Part shown: positions 38,558 to 50,513 of the stretch, in pieces
Layout of the letters: every line of letters begins with the position of its first letter
Position numbering within the stretch: position 1 is the stretch's first letter
Source of the DNA: Bacillus subtilis subsp. subtilis str. 168
GTDB taxonomy: Bacteria > Bacillota > Bacilli > Bacillales > Bacillaceae
NCBI RefSeq assembly: GCF_000009045.1
Contig: NC_000964.3
Location: forward strand, 2,728,001-2,792,000
DNA: 64,000 bases
Direction: 5' to 3'
Program-made: the position numbers and the translations under genes
Notes under the pieces: model-generated
Databases searched by the model: none
What the model was told of the DNA's origin: nothing
Seen by the model: the letters and a program-made list of their open reading frames with translations, nothing else

Positions 38558-39946
38558 TTGATAGGCAATTCTAGCAAAGACAATTTTGGCCAGCAACAGA
38601 AATTGTCTAGAGGCCTTAAAAACAGGCATATACAATTAATGGCGATTGGAGGTGCAATCGGTACAGGTTTATTTTTAGGTTCAGGTAAATCCATCCATTT
38701 TGCAGGACCATCCATTTTATTTGCTTACTTGATCACCGGCGTATTTTGCTTTTTCATTATGCGTTCGCTCGGAGAACTGCTCTTATCAAATGCGGGATAC
38801 CACTCTTTTGTTGATTTTGTAAGGGACTATTTAGGAAACATGGCAGCATTTATCACTGGGTGGACCTACTGGTTCTGTTGGATTTCCCTCGCGATGGCTG
38901 ATTTAACGGCGGTCGGCATTTATACGCAATATTGGCTTCCCGATGTGCCTCAATGGCTGCCGGGTCTTCTTGCGCTTATTATCCTGCTGATCATGAACCT
39001 TGCCACCGTTAAACTTTTCGGAGAATTAGAATTTTGGTTTGCATTGATCAAAGTCATTGCCATACTGGCTCTGATCGTAACTGGTATTCTCCTGATTGCG
39101 AAAGGTTTTTCCGCAGCTTCCGGCCCTGCCAGCCTCAACAACCTTTGGAGCCACGGCGGCATGTTCCCAAATGGATGGCATGGGTTTATCCTATCTTTCC
39201 AAATGGTCGTCTTCGCTTTCGTGGGTATTGAACTTGTTGGACTGACAGCAGGTGAAACAGAAAATCCCCAAAAAGTGATCCCTAAAGCCATCAATCAAAT
39301 TCCTGTCCGGATTTTACTTTTTTATGTTGGCGCACTTTTCGTGATTATGTGTATCTATCCTTGGAATGTGTTGAATCCAAACGAAAGCCCATTTGTTCAG
39401 GTCTTCTCTGCAGTAGGCATCGTTGTGGCTGCCAGTTTGATCAATTTTGTTGTATTAACATCAGCCGCATCAGCTGCAAATAGCGCTTTATTCAGCACAA
39501 GCCGAATGGTCTATTCACTTGCAAAGGATCATCACGCACCTGGACTATTAAAGAAATTAACTTCTTCTAACGTGCCAAGCAATGCGCTGTTCTTTTCATC
39601 CATCGCCATTCTGATTGGCGTTAGTCTGAATTATTTAATGCCCGAGCAAGTCTTCACGCTGATTACAAGTGTTTCAACAATATGCTTCATTTTTATTTGG
39701 GGCATCACGGTGATTTGCCATTTGAAATATCGAAAAACAAGGCAGCATGAAGCGAAAGCAAACAAATTTAAAATGCCTTTTTACCCATTATCCAACTATT
39801 TAACACTTGCATTTCTCGCGTTCATTCTTGTCATATTGGCACTGGCGAATGATACACGTATTGCTTTGTTTGTCACCCCGGTCTGGTTTGTTTTATTGAT
39901 TATTTTGTATAAGGTGCAAACCCGCAGAGGACATAAGGTGAAATAA
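38558..39946 (+). CDS. aapA: APC-family amino acid permease
   Basis: RHIQLMAIGGAIGTGLF, GELEFWFA and GIELVG motifs; TTG start with GGAGG SD. Confidence 0.95.
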   Translation: MIGNSSKDNFGQQQKLSRGLKNRHIQLMAIGGAIGTGLFLGSGKSIHFAGPSILFAYLITGVFCFFIMRSLGELLLSNAGYHSFVDFVRDYLGNMAAFITGWTYWFCWISLAMADLTAVGIYTQYWLPDVPQWLPGLLALIILLIMNLATVKLFGELEFWFALIKVIAILALIVTGILLIAKGFSAASGPASLNNLWSHGGMFPNGWHGFILSFQMVVFAFVGIELVGLTAGETENPQKVIPKAINQIPVRILLFYVGALFVIMCIYPWNVLNPNESPFVQVFSAVGIVVAASLINFVVLTSAASAANSALFSTSRMVYSLAKDHHAPGLLKKLTSSNVPSNALFFSSIAILIGVSLNYLMPEQVFTLITSVSTICFIFIWGITVICHLKYRKTRQHEAKANKFKMPFYPLSNYLTLAFLAFILVILALANDTRIALFVTPVWFVLLIILYKVQTRRGHKVK

Positions 39947-39947
39947 A

Positions 39948-39982
39948 AAAAAGACAAGGGATACTCACTCCCTTGTCTTTTT
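39948..39982. terminator. Bidirectional terminator between aapA and yrhP
   Basis: AAAAAGACAAGGG/CCCTTGTCTTTTT. Confidence 0.8.
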
Positions 39983-40041
39983 ATATGTGTCAAACACTAA
40001 ATTAAACTTTGGTTTCAAATTTCATTCACTTCATTTAAGTG

Positions 40042-40674
40042 TTAACTCAAACCAGTTTTGATGCCGAAACCTACTAATATTATTCCGGTAATTTTTTGAA
40101 ACACTTTCTGGAACTTCGAGTTTTTCATCCATTTTTTTGCGTAATCAATAATATAAACAAGAAACAGGAACCACAACACCGCTAATAAGGTTAGGATTGA
40201 AGCTAAAATGATGAGCTGCTGGTTTATATTTCCGTTCAAATTGATAAATTGGGGCATGATTGTAACATACACCAAAACAGTTTTAGGATTGAGAATGTTA
40301 CTGAGTGATCCCTGCATAAAGGAAGTTTTATAATAACGTTTCGGAGAACTTGCCATATTTTTTGCTTGGGATTGCATGTCATCTAACGAAAACATACTTT
40401 TAGCAAAAAAACTTTTTACACCTAAATAAATTAAGTATGCCGCTCCCAAATATTTGATCGTTGTGAAAAGAATCACTGACTTTGCGATTACCACTGATAA
40501 TCCTAAAATGGCAATCACCGTCCAAAAGGAAAGTCCTGTCGCCAATCCGAGAATGTTATAACGGCCGGCTTTCGGACCATACCTAAGCGTATTTTTCATC
40601 ACAAGCATCGTATCTGCCCCCGGTATGATAACCATCATGGCAGCGATCGGTATGTATGCGAGTAAGCTGTGCAT
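40042..40674 (-). CDS. yrhP: LysE/RhtB-family amino acid exporter
   Basis: PGAD, KYLGAAYLIYLG and NILNPK motifs. Confidence 0.92.
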   Translation of the reverse strand: MHSLLAYIPIAAMMVIIPGADTMLVMKNTLRYGPKAGRYNILGLATGLSFWTVIAILGLSVVIAKSVILFTTIKYLGAAYLIYLGVKSFFAKSMFSLDDMQSQAKNMASSPKRYYKTSFMQGSLSNILNPKTVLVYVTIMPQFINLNGNINQQLIILASILTLLAVLWFLFLVYIIDYAKKWMKNSKFQKVFQKITGIILVGFGIKTGLS

Positions 40675-40826
40675 TGTTCTCTCCCCCTTTAAAAATCCCC
40701 TCAATCATATAGTGACTACAAAAGTAACTACTTATAAAAGTGTATCAATGCGTTTGGAATAAATCAATATGATTTGTTAAAATAGCGATTACTAAGGCAG
40801 CGATTGCTCTTTATATTGGAGGATAT

Positions 40827-41654
40827 ATGAAAGAAAATATGTTAGACATTTTAAAAAACCTCAATTTTACAGAATATGAATCGAAAGCGTATTTAGCATT
40901 ATTGCAAGAATCACCTTTAACAGGCTATGCCGTTGCCAAAAAATCCGGAGTGCCCCGTTCTAAAATTTATGAAGTATTGGAAAGTCTTGTCATAAGGGGA
41001 GATGTTTTTGTCAGTCATGGAAATACGCCTCAGTATGTTCCAGTCCCCGCAAAAGAACTGATTAAAAACCGCCGGCTCAAAGCGGAAGAGCATTTTGATC
41101 AGGCTGAGAAATATTTTGAAAAGTTCGAGCAGACCGCAAATGACCGGGAAAACATCTGGAATATCACCGGCCGCAGTGAAATTCTTGAAAAGGTGAAGGC
41201 TTGTATCTTATCTGCCAAAAAAAGAATCCTCTTAGAAATATGGAAAGAGGATTTTAAGGAGATAGAAGCAGAGCTCAAACAGGCGGCAGAACAAGGCGTT
41301 ATTGTCACCATTATTGCGTACGGAGACATCGTATCTGATTTTGCCAATGTTTACCTTCATGATATGAGCAGTGAAATTACAGAAGAGTATGACGGACGGT
41401 GGCTTGTCTATAGCGGAGATGATTCAGAAGTAGTAGCGGGCATTGTCTCACTTGGCAACGACAGCCGTGCTGCATGGACGATGCATGTAGGGTTAGTCAT
41501 GCCTATTACTGAAGTGATCATTCATGATCTGTACCTCATGGAAATTCTGAAAAAGCATAGAGAGCTTTTAGAAGAGAGCTTCGGGAAAAATCTCATCCAG
41601 TTGCGCCGTAAATTTTCTATTCACTCAGATTTCAAAAAACATTATTTGGAATAA
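40827..41654 (+). CDS. yrhO: TrmB-family transcriptional regulator
   Basis: FTEYESKAYLALL...SGVPRSKIYEVLESL winged HTH. Confidence 0.9.
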   Translation: MKENMLDILKNLNFTEYESKAYLALLQESPLTGYAVAKKSGVPRSKIYEVLESLVIRGDVFVSHGNTPQYVPVPAKELIKNRRLKAEEHFDQAEKYFEKFEQTANDRENIWNITGRSEILEKVKACILSAKKRILLEIWKEDFKEIEAELKQAAEQGVIVTIIAYGDIVSDFANVYLHDMSSEITEEYDGRWLVYSGDDSEVVAGIVSLGNDSRAAWTMHVGLVMPITEVIIHDLYLMEILKKHRELLEESFGKNLIQLRRKFSIHSDFKKHYLE

Positions 41655-41766
41655 TGTTTGTCATCTCTTACCCCAAAAACAAGGCTTGTACAAAACAAGC
41701 CTTGTTTTTTTATGCATAAACCCCCCATGCTGATTTACTTCTCTCTTTTAAAAAATGTGATTCTGC

Positions 41767-41793
41767 GCAAACTATTTTTCAGCCTGCCGCGTC
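41767..41793 (+). promoter_or_regulatory. ECF (sigmaV) autoregulatory promoter
   Basis: GCAAAC-N17-CGTC with a T-tract after the -35 element. Confidence 0.8.
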
Positions 41794-41849
41794 TATCCTA
41801 GGTAACAGCCTACGATATACGTATATTCAAAAAGGAGCCCTTTATTGCA

Positions 41850-42350
41850 ATGAAGAAAAAACAAACAACAAAAGCGTTGCTTGTCACATGCATAACTGAC
41901 CATAAGCAAGATTTCTACAGGTTGGCTTTCAGTTATGTGAAAAATCAAGATGACGCATTAGATATTGTTCAGGAATCTATAAAAAAAGCGCTGAGCTCAG
42001 TTGAAACGGTCAGGAACCCTGAGACGATAAAAAGCTGGTTTTATAAAATTTTAGTACGGACAGCCATTGACTTTTTGCGCAAACAAAAAAAGATAAGAGT
42101 GATGGACGACGAAACGATAGAATTTTTAAGCAAAGGAAAGGAAGACCATTACAAGGATACTGATCTCCATGAAGCGCTTGACGAATTGCCGTACCGCTAT
42201 AAAACCATTATTATTTTACGTTTTTTTGAAGACCTCAAATTAGAAGAAATTGCGGAAATTACAGGAGAAAACACGAATACCGTCAAAACGCGCCTATACA
42301 GAGCATTGAAGCTGATGCGCATTCAGTTGACGAAGGAGGATCTTTCTTAA
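41850..42350 (+). CDS. sigV: ECF sigma factor SigV
   Basis: ECF regions 2 and 4; overlaps the anti-sigma start. Confidence 0.96.
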   Translation: MKKKQTTKALLVTCITDHKQDFYRLAFSYVKNQDDALDIVQESIKKALSSVETVRNPETIKSWFYKILVRTAIDFLRKQKKIRVMDDETIEFLSKGKEDHYKDTDLHEALDELPYRYKTIIILRFFEDLKLEEIAEITGENTNTVKTRLYRALKLMRIQLTKEDLS

Positions 42351-43207
42351 TGGATAAGAGATTACAGCAATTAAGAGAAGAATATAAAAATGTTCAGATT
42401 CCTAAAGAATTGGATATCATTGTTGAAAAAGCCCTTCAGCAAGAACCAAAAAAGAAAAGAATCGTTATGTGGCCGACATCAGCAGCAATCGCTGCAGCTA
42501 TTTTATTCACTGCGCTTGTTAATATCAACCCGGACGCCGCTCAGGCTATGTCAAAGATCCCTGTCATCGGCAAAATCGTCAAAGCGATCACCTTTATTGA
42601 AATCAAAGAGGAAAAAGACCAATCAAGCATTGATGTCAAAACACCTGCTTTGTCCGGGCTTTCTAATAAAGAGCTTGAAAACAGCATTAACGAGAAATAC
42701 TTGAAAGAAAGCCAGCAGCTGTATAAAGAGTTTATACAGTCCACATCCAAAAACAAAAAAGGGCATCTCAGCATCTACAGTGATTACGAGACGGTCACAG
42801 ACACGCCAGATTTACTCTCTATCCGGCGCAATATTGAAACAACACAAGCATCTTCCTACACACAAAGCCGTTATATTACAATTGACAAAAAGAATGATAT
42901 TTTACTTACATTAAAAAGCTTATTCAAAGATGAGCGCTATATCAAAGTCATCAGTCAAAACATCAAAGAACAAATGAAACAGCAAATGAAGGAAGATCCA
43001 AATAAAATATATTGGCTCACTGACGAAGATGCAGAACCGTTCAAAACGATTCTTCCTGATCAGACGTTTTACATTACTGAAGACCATAAACTTGTGATCT
43101 CATTTGACGAATATGAAGTCGCCCCCGGCTATATGGGCGTTACAGAGTTTACAATTCCAACCGGCGTCATTTCAAACTTGCTCGTGGGAGAACGTTATAT
43201 TCGATAA
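42350..43207 (+). CDS. rsiV: Anti-sigma factor / lysozyme receptor RsiV
   Basis: N-terminal TM/signal-like segment plus extracellular domain ending FDEYEVAPGYMG. Confidence 0.95.
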   Translation: MDKRLQQLREEYKNVQIPKELDIIVEKALQQEPKKKRIVMWPTSAAIAAAILFTALVNINPDAAQAMSKIPVIGKIVKAITFIEIKEEKDQSSIDVKTPALSGLSNKELENSINEKYLKESQQLYKEFIQSTSKNKKGHLSIYSDYETVTDTPDLLSIRRNIETTQASSYTQSRYITIDKKNDILLTLKSLFKDERYIKVISQNIKEQMKQQMKEDPNKIYWLTDEDAEPFKTILPDQTFYITEDHKLVISFDEYEVAPGYMGVTEFTIPTGVISNLLVGERYIR

Positions 43208-43317
43208 AATAAAAACATCCATCTAAGATTATGGATGTTTTCTCTCTTCTCTATTCGAGGTCGTAACCCCGCTATCAAAAACAACGAGAATATTTGCATA
43301 CTATTGGAGGAATACCC

Positions 43318-45222
43318 ATGTATCACAAGACACAGCATCATCGATACATTCCTGGACTTGATGGCCTTCGGGCTTTCGCCGTCCTGTCAGTTATCACTTA
43401 TCACCTAAATTTCAATTGGGCTAACGGTGGTTTTATCGGGGTTGATATCTTTTTTGTTTTATCCGGATATTTGATTACATCTATTCTATTACCGGCATAT
43501 GGAAATGATATCAATCTTGATTTTCGGGATTTTTGGGTGCGCCGCATTCGGCGGCTTCTCCCGGCAGCGTACCTTATGATCTTTTCCACTGTTGTGTGGG
43601 TCGTATTGTTTGATCGAGAACTATTGCACACTGTACGTGGAGATGCGATCTCTTCTCTCTTTTATATGAGCAATTGGTGGTTTATTTTTCACAAGCTATC
43701 ATATTTTGATAGTTTCGGTTCCCCATCACCTCTAAAAAACCTTTGGTCGCTGGCGATTGAAGAACAATTTTATATCATATGGCCGATGTTTTTAGTTGTT
43801 GGAATGTACATAATGAAAAGCCGCGCCAGATTGGCTGCGGTGATATCATTGCTTGTGCTTTGTTCAGCCGTGATGATGAGCGTACTGTATGAACCTGGCG
43901 GAGATCCGAGCCGCGTTTACTATGGCACAGACACTCGTTCGTTTGAACTTCTCATCGGATGTGCCTTGGCTTTGGTATGGCCGATGAAAAGGCTGTCTTC
44001 CAACAGGCTGCCAAGCAAACTGAAGCACACTTTGCACGCCACTGAATTTTTGGCATTTTGTATTTTAGTGTTGTGTGTCTATTTCACAGATGAATACGAG
44101 CCTTTTCTTTACAGAGGCGGAATGCTATTCATTAGCGTGACTGCCGCAATCCTTATTGCATGTGTTTGCCATCCGAGCAGCTTTTTAGGCAATCTGCTTT
44201 CATGGAGGCCGCTTCGGTGGCTTGGAACGAGGTCTTACGGAATTTATCTTTGGCACTACCCTGTTATTGTGTTAAGCACGCCAGTTCAAGAAATCGGAAA
44301 CCCTGTTTTTTGGCATATCGTGCTAAAGGTCATTGTGACATGTATACTTGCCGAGCTCTCCTACCATTTTATTGAGAAGCCGATACGGACACAGGGATTT
44401 AGGTCATTTTCCCGCCGTGTTTTTATACATAGAATCAAGGAATGGAAAACGACATCTGTCATCAGCAAAATGTCAATTGGTTTCATTATTTTCGCTATAC
44501 TTATTTTTGCAGGCGGGCTGTCAGGGCTAGCCGGCGAGCAAAAGCACCCTACCAAATGGACCTATAGCTCACAAGAAACAAATGCTGACACCAGCCAGGC
44601 TTCTGGGGATAAAAAGAACGCTGCAGCAGATAAAAAACACAATCCTGAACAAAAGACAACAGATTCCAATCAGGGTCAAAAGGAAAACAAAGATAGTGGG
44701 CAAGAGACTCATAAAAAGAAAGACACGCAATCCCAACAGTTGAAAAAACCAGCAGACACTGCGAAAGAAGTTTTAGCTATAGGAGATTCCGTCATGCTTG
44801 ATATTTCTTCACACCTGCGTCAGTCATTTTCAAATGTGACGATTGATGGAAAGGTAGGGAGACAAATGTCTCAAGCTTTGGAACTCGCAAGGGAATACAA
44901 GTCTTTTAATCAGCCGAACAAGGCTGTCATCATTGAGCTTGGAACCAATGGCTATTTTACAAACAGCCAAATCGAACAACTGCTTCAATCTTTCTCAAAA
45001 GCTCATATTTATCTTGTCAATACACGGGTTCCCCGCCAATGGGAAAGCAAGGTAAATGAATCTTTGCAGCAACAGGCCCACGCACATCAAAATGTTACGT
45101 TAGTTGACTGGCATACAGAAGCTCTTCAGCATCCGGAATATTTTACCCCTGATGGTGTTCACTTGGTTCCTAAAGGGGCAAAAACTTTGACTGCTCTTAT
45201 TGTTCAGGCGATGAAATCGTAA
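43318..45222 (+). CDS. oatA: Peptidoglycan O-acetyltransferase OatA
   Basis: AT3 domain (GLDGLRA, GVDIFF, WSLAIEEQFY), low-complexity linker, SGNH domain (GDSV...GTN...DGVH). Confidence 0.96.
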   Translation: MYHKTQHHRYIPGLDGLRAFAVLSVITYHLNFNWANGGFIGVDIFFVLSGYLITSILLPAYGNDINLDFRDFWVRRIRRLLPAAYLMIFSTVVWVVLFDRELLHTVRGDAISSLFYMSNWWFIFHKLSYFDSFGSPSPLKNLWSLAIEEQFYIIWPMFLVVGMYIMKSRARLAAVISLLVLCSAVMMSVLYEPGGDPSRVYYGTDTRSFELLIGCALALVWPMKRLSSNRLPSKLKHTLHATEFLAFCILVLCVYFTDEYEPFLYRGGMLFISVTAAILIACVCHPSSFLGNLLSWRPLRWLGTRSYGIYLWHYPVIVLSTPVQEIGNPVFWHIVLKVIVTCILAELSYHFIEKPIRTQGFRSFSRRVFIHRIKEWKTTSVISKMSIGFIIFAILIFAGGLSGLAGEQKHPTKWTYSSQETNADTSQASGDKKNAAADKKHNPEQKTTDSNQGQKENKDSGQETHKKKDTQSQQLKKPADTAKEVLAIGDSVMLDISSHLRQSFSNVTIDGKVGRQMSQALELAREYKSFNQPNKAVIIELGTNGYFTNSQIEQLLQSFSKAHIYLVNTRVPRQWESKVNESLQQQAHAHQNVTLVDWHTEALQHPEYFTPDGVHLVPKGAKTLTALIVQAMKS

Positions 45223-45355
45223 AAAAGAGATCCTATACAGATCACTTTTTTACTTTAGTTTCTGATCGTTGATTATGTCTTCTTTCAGCAAGGCAGCCCT
45301 TATGTTTACATGCCGTTTACGTAAGGGTAAGCCAAAATTGAATGGAGGGATGATA

Positions 45356-45646
45356 ATGAAAGGAAATGAAGAACATGACATCCAAAAAGAGTTGAAACGA
45401 TATGAGCTTTTTTTCAAAAAACGATATAAGGTTCTTTATACAGTAAACGATTTTATCATCGGTGCTATGTTTCTCGTTGGAAGTTTTTTCTTTTTTTATG
45501 ACCGGTTAATGTCGGCAGGGATATGGCTGTTTGCGATCGGAAGTTTGCTGCTGTTAATCAGGCCGACCATTCGGCTGATTCATGACTTTCATTACCGTAA
45601 GCATGTGGAACAGCAATTCAAGCATCAATCTTCAACAGATGACTGA
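45356..45646 (+). CDS. yrhK: YrhK-family small membrane protein
   Basis: NDFIIGAMFLVGSFFFF...WLFAIGS...RPTI. Confidence 0.88.
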   Translation: MKGNEEHDIQKELKRYELFFKKRYKVLYTVNDFIIGAMFLVGSFFFFYDRLMSAGIWLFAIGSLLLLIRPTIRLIHDFHYRKHVEQQFKHQSSTDD

Positions 45647-45855
45647 TCTTAAGGAATAAGAAAGAACAAAATGCCAAAAGCCTGAGTCGAAAATCAAAAA
45701 CAAGACTTTCAGACTATTTATTTTTAAAAACAAGGTAAAAAGAACTAAACTTTTGCCTCTGCATGCCGATATGAATAATAAGGCCGGCGCGATACTCCCT
45801 ATAACATCCTTTTCAGTAGATTTCATTATCGTGCCGGTTTTCTCATATGCAAAGC

Positions 45856-45884
45856 AATCCCGCCAATCAGATTGGCGGGATTTT
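45856..45884. terminator. Terminator between yrhK and cypB
   Basis: AATCCCGCCAAT/ATTGGCGGGATT. Confidence 0.8.
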
Positions 45885-45889
45885 ATATT

Positions 45890-48800
45890 TTACATTCCTG
45901 TCCAAACGTCTTTCACATAACGTCTTTGATCTTGCAGCTTTTGCAGCCATACAGCTGATTCTTCCTGACTTGCTGCTTTTTCAGCTTCATATGCCAATCG
46001 CAAAGTTCTCTCTACATCAGGAGCCATTTGCGATCCATCACCGCATACGTAAATATGAGCCCCTTTTTCAATGAGTGTCATCAATTTCTGCGTATCTTGC
46101 TTGAGCAAGTGCTGGACATATCCTTTTGGTTCGTTTTCGACGCGCGAGTAGCATCGGCGGATTGTGACCAAACCGTCCTGTTCCGCTTGATCCAGCTCTT
46201 CTCTGTAAAGGTCGTCATGGTCCGGGCGGCGGCAGCCGAAGTATAAAAGTGCTTCACCAAGGGTGCTTCCTTCCTTCTTCAAAACCGATCTTGCCTGAAT
46301 AAAGCCTCTGAATGGCGCAATTCCTGTGCCCGGCCCGACCATAATCATAGGCGTTTCAGGATCATTCGGCATCTGAAATCCGGACTGCGGCGTACGAATG
46401 AAGCAAGCTGCTGCATCACCTGTATTCAATTCTGCTAAATAATTAGAGGCGACACCCCGGTATTCACCTCGGCCGCTCCATGCTGAGGCTTTCACAACTC
46501 CTACCGTCATGCTCACGATATTTGCATGAACTTTCGGTGAGCTTGAAATGGAATAGTATCTCGGTTTTAGTGATGGCAAAAGTGCTAAAAACCGTTCAAA
46601 CGGCATTTCGCAAGCAGGATAATCCTCTAAAAAATCAAGCATGGTAAGACGTTTTGCAAGTACCTGCTCTTTGTAAATGCCATCATCTGAAACGAGCTGT
46701 TCCAGCTCTTTTTGATGCGGCGGACAAACTGTATAAGAGGCCAGCTCCCGAAGCTGAAGCCTTGATGCCGGTTCCTGCAGCTCTACATAGGACGACAATA
46801 AATCCACTACTTTGATTGGCCGATCCATCGGCAGATGAGCCATATGAGCGCTTCCGCTTACTTTTATCACATGATTGGACTGCAAACCGAATCGGCTGAG
46901 AACCCGCTGAACAAGCTCCCTGCTGTTCTTTGGCAGGATTCCGATATGATCGCCTTCTTTATATGTTTTACCAGCCGGAATTTCCAATTCAATATGGCGG
47001 GTTGAACGCGTGCTGGCAGCTGTCTGGAGTTCTCGATTCTCTAACACAATCCCTTCAAACGCGCCATATGCTTTAGCAACCGGCGTTTCCGTCGCTTCAC
47101 TGAGAAAAGTAATCGATAATGAAGGCCTGTCTTCTTTCTGGGCTATTTCGTTAATATCAAATGCGTCCATCGTTTCCTTCCAGAAGCGGTTTTCCCAAGA
47201 CTCGCGGTGGCTTTCAAAATCATCGGCGGCGTCACCTTCCCCAATCGCTGTTAAACGCGATGCCCCCTTTGCTTTCATCATGTCATCAATCAGGCGGGGA
47301 ATCCGCTGATACGTGCTGGCCCAGCTCCGGTTTCCGCAGCCGAATACCGCATAGGAAACACCTTTCAATTGGCCTTCCTCAAGCTCTTTCAGCCACTCTA
47401 CAAATCCGGCAGCATTATCAGGCGGCGCCCCATTATAAGAAGCCGTTACAATGACGACTGCCCCTTCTTCAGGGAGCTTGCCGATATAATCATCAAGCGG
47501 AGCCGTTTCAGCTGTAAAGCCCATCTGGCGGCCTTGAGCAGCCAGTTCACCGGCTATTCCCTCAGCTGTCCCAAGATTTGAACCAAAAAGAACAAGTAAA
47601 GGTGTGCCGTGTTTAGGTTTGGTTTCTTTTGGCTTTGTTTCTGCTTTGATGTCTGCCTGTTCTTTTCTCTGTACATTGATTGCCGCTGTTTTTCGCGGTT
47701 TCACAGTAATTTTAAAATCATCCGGCTTGATCGTTAATGCTTCTTTGATTTTTAGTTCGTAGCCAGTATGGTTTATCAATTCAAAATGCTTTAATACAAG
47801 ACCGAGAACCATTGTCGCTTCTTGAAGAGCAAACTGCATGCCAATACAAGCGCGCTGTCCGTTTCCAAACGGCTTATACGCATGGTGAGGGATACTTGAA
47901 GGATCCTCAAACCGTTCCGGACGGAAATCTTCCGCATCCGGTCCCCAAGCGTTTTGATCCCGGTGCAGTTTTGGAATTAAAACAGTGACTGGCTGCCCTT
48001 TGCTGATCGGATATTCCCCGCCTAGAACAGTATCCTCCTTCGCATATAGAGAAAAAGCCGGAGCTGTTGGATACAGTCTGAGGGTTTCATTTAAAACCAT
48101 CCGAATGTATTTGAGCTGCTGGATTTGTTTATATTCAGGCGTGTCATCCGTTAACACGCGATCCGCTTCCTCCTGAGCTTTTTTCAGTTTTTCCGGATGT
48201 GTAAGCAGACAATAAATCGCAAAGGATAGCAACCCGCTTGTTGTCTCATGTCCAGCAATTAAAAATGTGATGATTTGGTATCGAATGTTTTCGTCATCCA
48301 GCGTTTCACCCGTTACTGGATCTTTGGCATAAAGCATGAGAGACAAGAGATCCTTAATGTTTTCATCCGGATTCGCCTTTCGCTCCGCTATCATTCTATC
48401 AACCAGGGAGTTCATGACTTCTATATCCTTTTGGAACTGCAGCTTCGTTTTCACCATCATTTTATCTTGCAGGCCCAGTCTTTTCGATTGATTCATCGCC
48501 TCTTTTAAGGCACGGAGCATACTGGTGATAAACGGATGCTGTGAATCACGGTAAAAGCTGTTGAATCGATAGTTAAACCCGCATAACCCAATCGTATCAA
48601 GCGTCAGACGTGTCATATCGTCCGCTACATCAATTTCTTCATTAGGGTTTAACCGGCTCCACTTTTGAATCAGCTGGGTTGCGATATCCAGCATCATAGA
48701 ATGATAGCCTTTCATCGCTTTTTGACTAAAACTCGGCAGCAAAATGCGGTGGGCTTTTTGCCAGTTCGGTTCGTGCGTCCAGCTTGTAAATAAGCCATCT

Positions 48801-49054
48801 CCCCCGAACTCACGCACCTTTTGCAAGCCTTTGCCAAGGTTCTTGTCAAAGCGTTTTTCATCACACACTTCAGCCACAAGATTGTGGCCGGACACAAAAA
48901 CACTGGATACTCCCGGAAAATCAAAACGGAAAATCGGTCCCAATTCATCAGCTATCCGCCATAAGGATTGAGAAAGCTGTTCTTTTTCCAGATGCGGAAG
49001 ATTTTTTAAAGGTCCGTATGTTTTGGGCTGAGGTATTGCGCTTGCCTGTTTCAT
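45890..49054 (-). CDS. cypB: Bifunctional P450/NADPH-P450 reductase (CYP102A3, BM3-like fatty acid hydroxylase)
   Basis: [16 protein letters not shown], flavodoxin [30 protein letters not shown]. Confidence 0.97.
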
Positions 49055-49069
49055 TAACATCTCCCTTTC

Positions 49070-49654
49070 CTATTTTTGTGATGAATGAAGCTTAATGGCG
49101 TCCCAGCAGCATTGTTCCAATTCAGTAATTAAATCAGTGTCCATCTCTATATCACCTGTTTGAACGAGCTGATATATCTTGAGAAACGCCCCTAATACAA
49201 TCGCAATTAACACATTAGAGGGCAGGCTGCGAATCACGCCTTCCGCTTTTCCCTTATTAAAATAGTCATCAAGCATTTGAGTCAGATTTTCTATCATTTT
49301 TTTGCTTGTATGATTTAAGTAATGAGCGTCTTTTTTGGTTTCAAGAAAAAAAAGCGCATAGTCGCTCTCTTTCGTAAACTGAACGAGACAGCAAAATACG
49401 TGGTGAAAGCCTTCTCTGACAGGCAATTCTGAAACGTCTTGCTTCAGTTTTTCCGTAAATCGCTGGATGCTTTCTTGAAACAGTACGTTAACGAGTGTTT
49501 CTTTGCTGTCAAAATAACGATAGATCGTTCCTGTCCCTACATGAGCACGTTCAGCTATCATAGGAATAGTGGTAGCGTCAAAACCCCTTTCCGTAAAAAG
49601 TGAGACTGACGCTTTCATAATCATGTCGTATTTACTGCTGGATGCGGATATCAT
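49070..49654 (-). CDS. fatR: TetR-family repressor FatR (Bm3R1-like)
   Basis: [28 protein letters not shown]; directly upstream of cypB. Confidence 0.93.
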
Positions 49655-49682
49655 GTAATCTGACAACCTCCGATTCGTTTAC

Positions 49683-49700
49683 GGAATGAATATTCATTCC
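49683..49700. promoter_or_regulatory. FatR operator
   Basis: Perfect 18-bp palindrome GGAATGAATATTCATTCC, similar to the Bm3R1 operator. Confidence 0.9.
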
Positions 49701-49876
49701 TTTTGTTCACAAAGAATGTCTGCCCTGTCTGATATCACCTCTTTGTTCTTTCTTCTGTTATAAGTTTATATGAAAAAAACTTTTTTTAATATAAAGTATA
49801 TGCAAAAAATAAAAAATTAAGAAAATATACCCAAATCCTAATACGAGGATCTTGGATATATTTCCCGAGAAATTTT

Positions 49877-50419
49877 TTATTTAACAGCCACAATACATAG
49901 ACAGGAAGCACGCCTGATAACAGAAAGATCCCTGAAATGCTGGTCTTTCAGCAGTTGAATATACGTTTTCTCTTTTTCACCGGTATTTGTGTCAATACTG
50001 ATATAAAACCGGCCGTCAATTTGAAGCACCCTGTAAATTTCTCTTAATGCAAGCCTAATATCGGTGCAGCTTTGAACCGTATGTAAAGAAAAGACTTTAT
50101 TAAAGGTACGGTCATCAAAGGGAATGTCCTCTGGATAGCCATGAAAAACCTCCCCGTTCCCCATGTTCTTTCGATTCGCACGTGATATCTGTCTTACCTT
50201 TCGTTTTGAAGGATCAATGCTTTTTAGGCTACCCTTTTTTAGTTTCTTGGTTATGCTTTTAAAGACAGTGCCGTTTCCAATTCCAATTTCTAAAATTCTG
50301 TCATTTTCTTGTATATCTATAGAGTCAATCATCATATGCTCAATTGTTTTGGTTAGCTTATATTTCCGAGAAAATAATTTCCAAAAATCCGATCGTTTAT
50401 AGAGTCTATTTTCTAGCAT
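49877..50419 (-). CDS. yrhH: Class I SAM-dependent methyltransferase
   Basis: ILEIGIGNG motif I; DIPFDDRTFNKV. Confidence 0.85.
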   Translation of the reverse strand: MLENRLYKRSDFWKLFSRKYKLTKTIEHMMIDSIDIQENDRILEIGIGNGTVFKSITKKLKKGSLKSIDPSKRKVRQISRANRKNMGNGEVFHGYPEDIPFDDRTFNKVFSLHTVQSCTDIRLALREIYRVLQIDGRFYISIDTNTGEKEKTYIQLLKDQHFRDLSVIRRASCLCIVAVK

Positions 50420-50513
50420 TTTAAACACCTGCTTTTGGTTTCCTATGTTTATTTATTATCTTAAAAAAATAAACATCATCTTCATTTCTAAAAGTGAAGG
50501 AAGGTACCAACTA

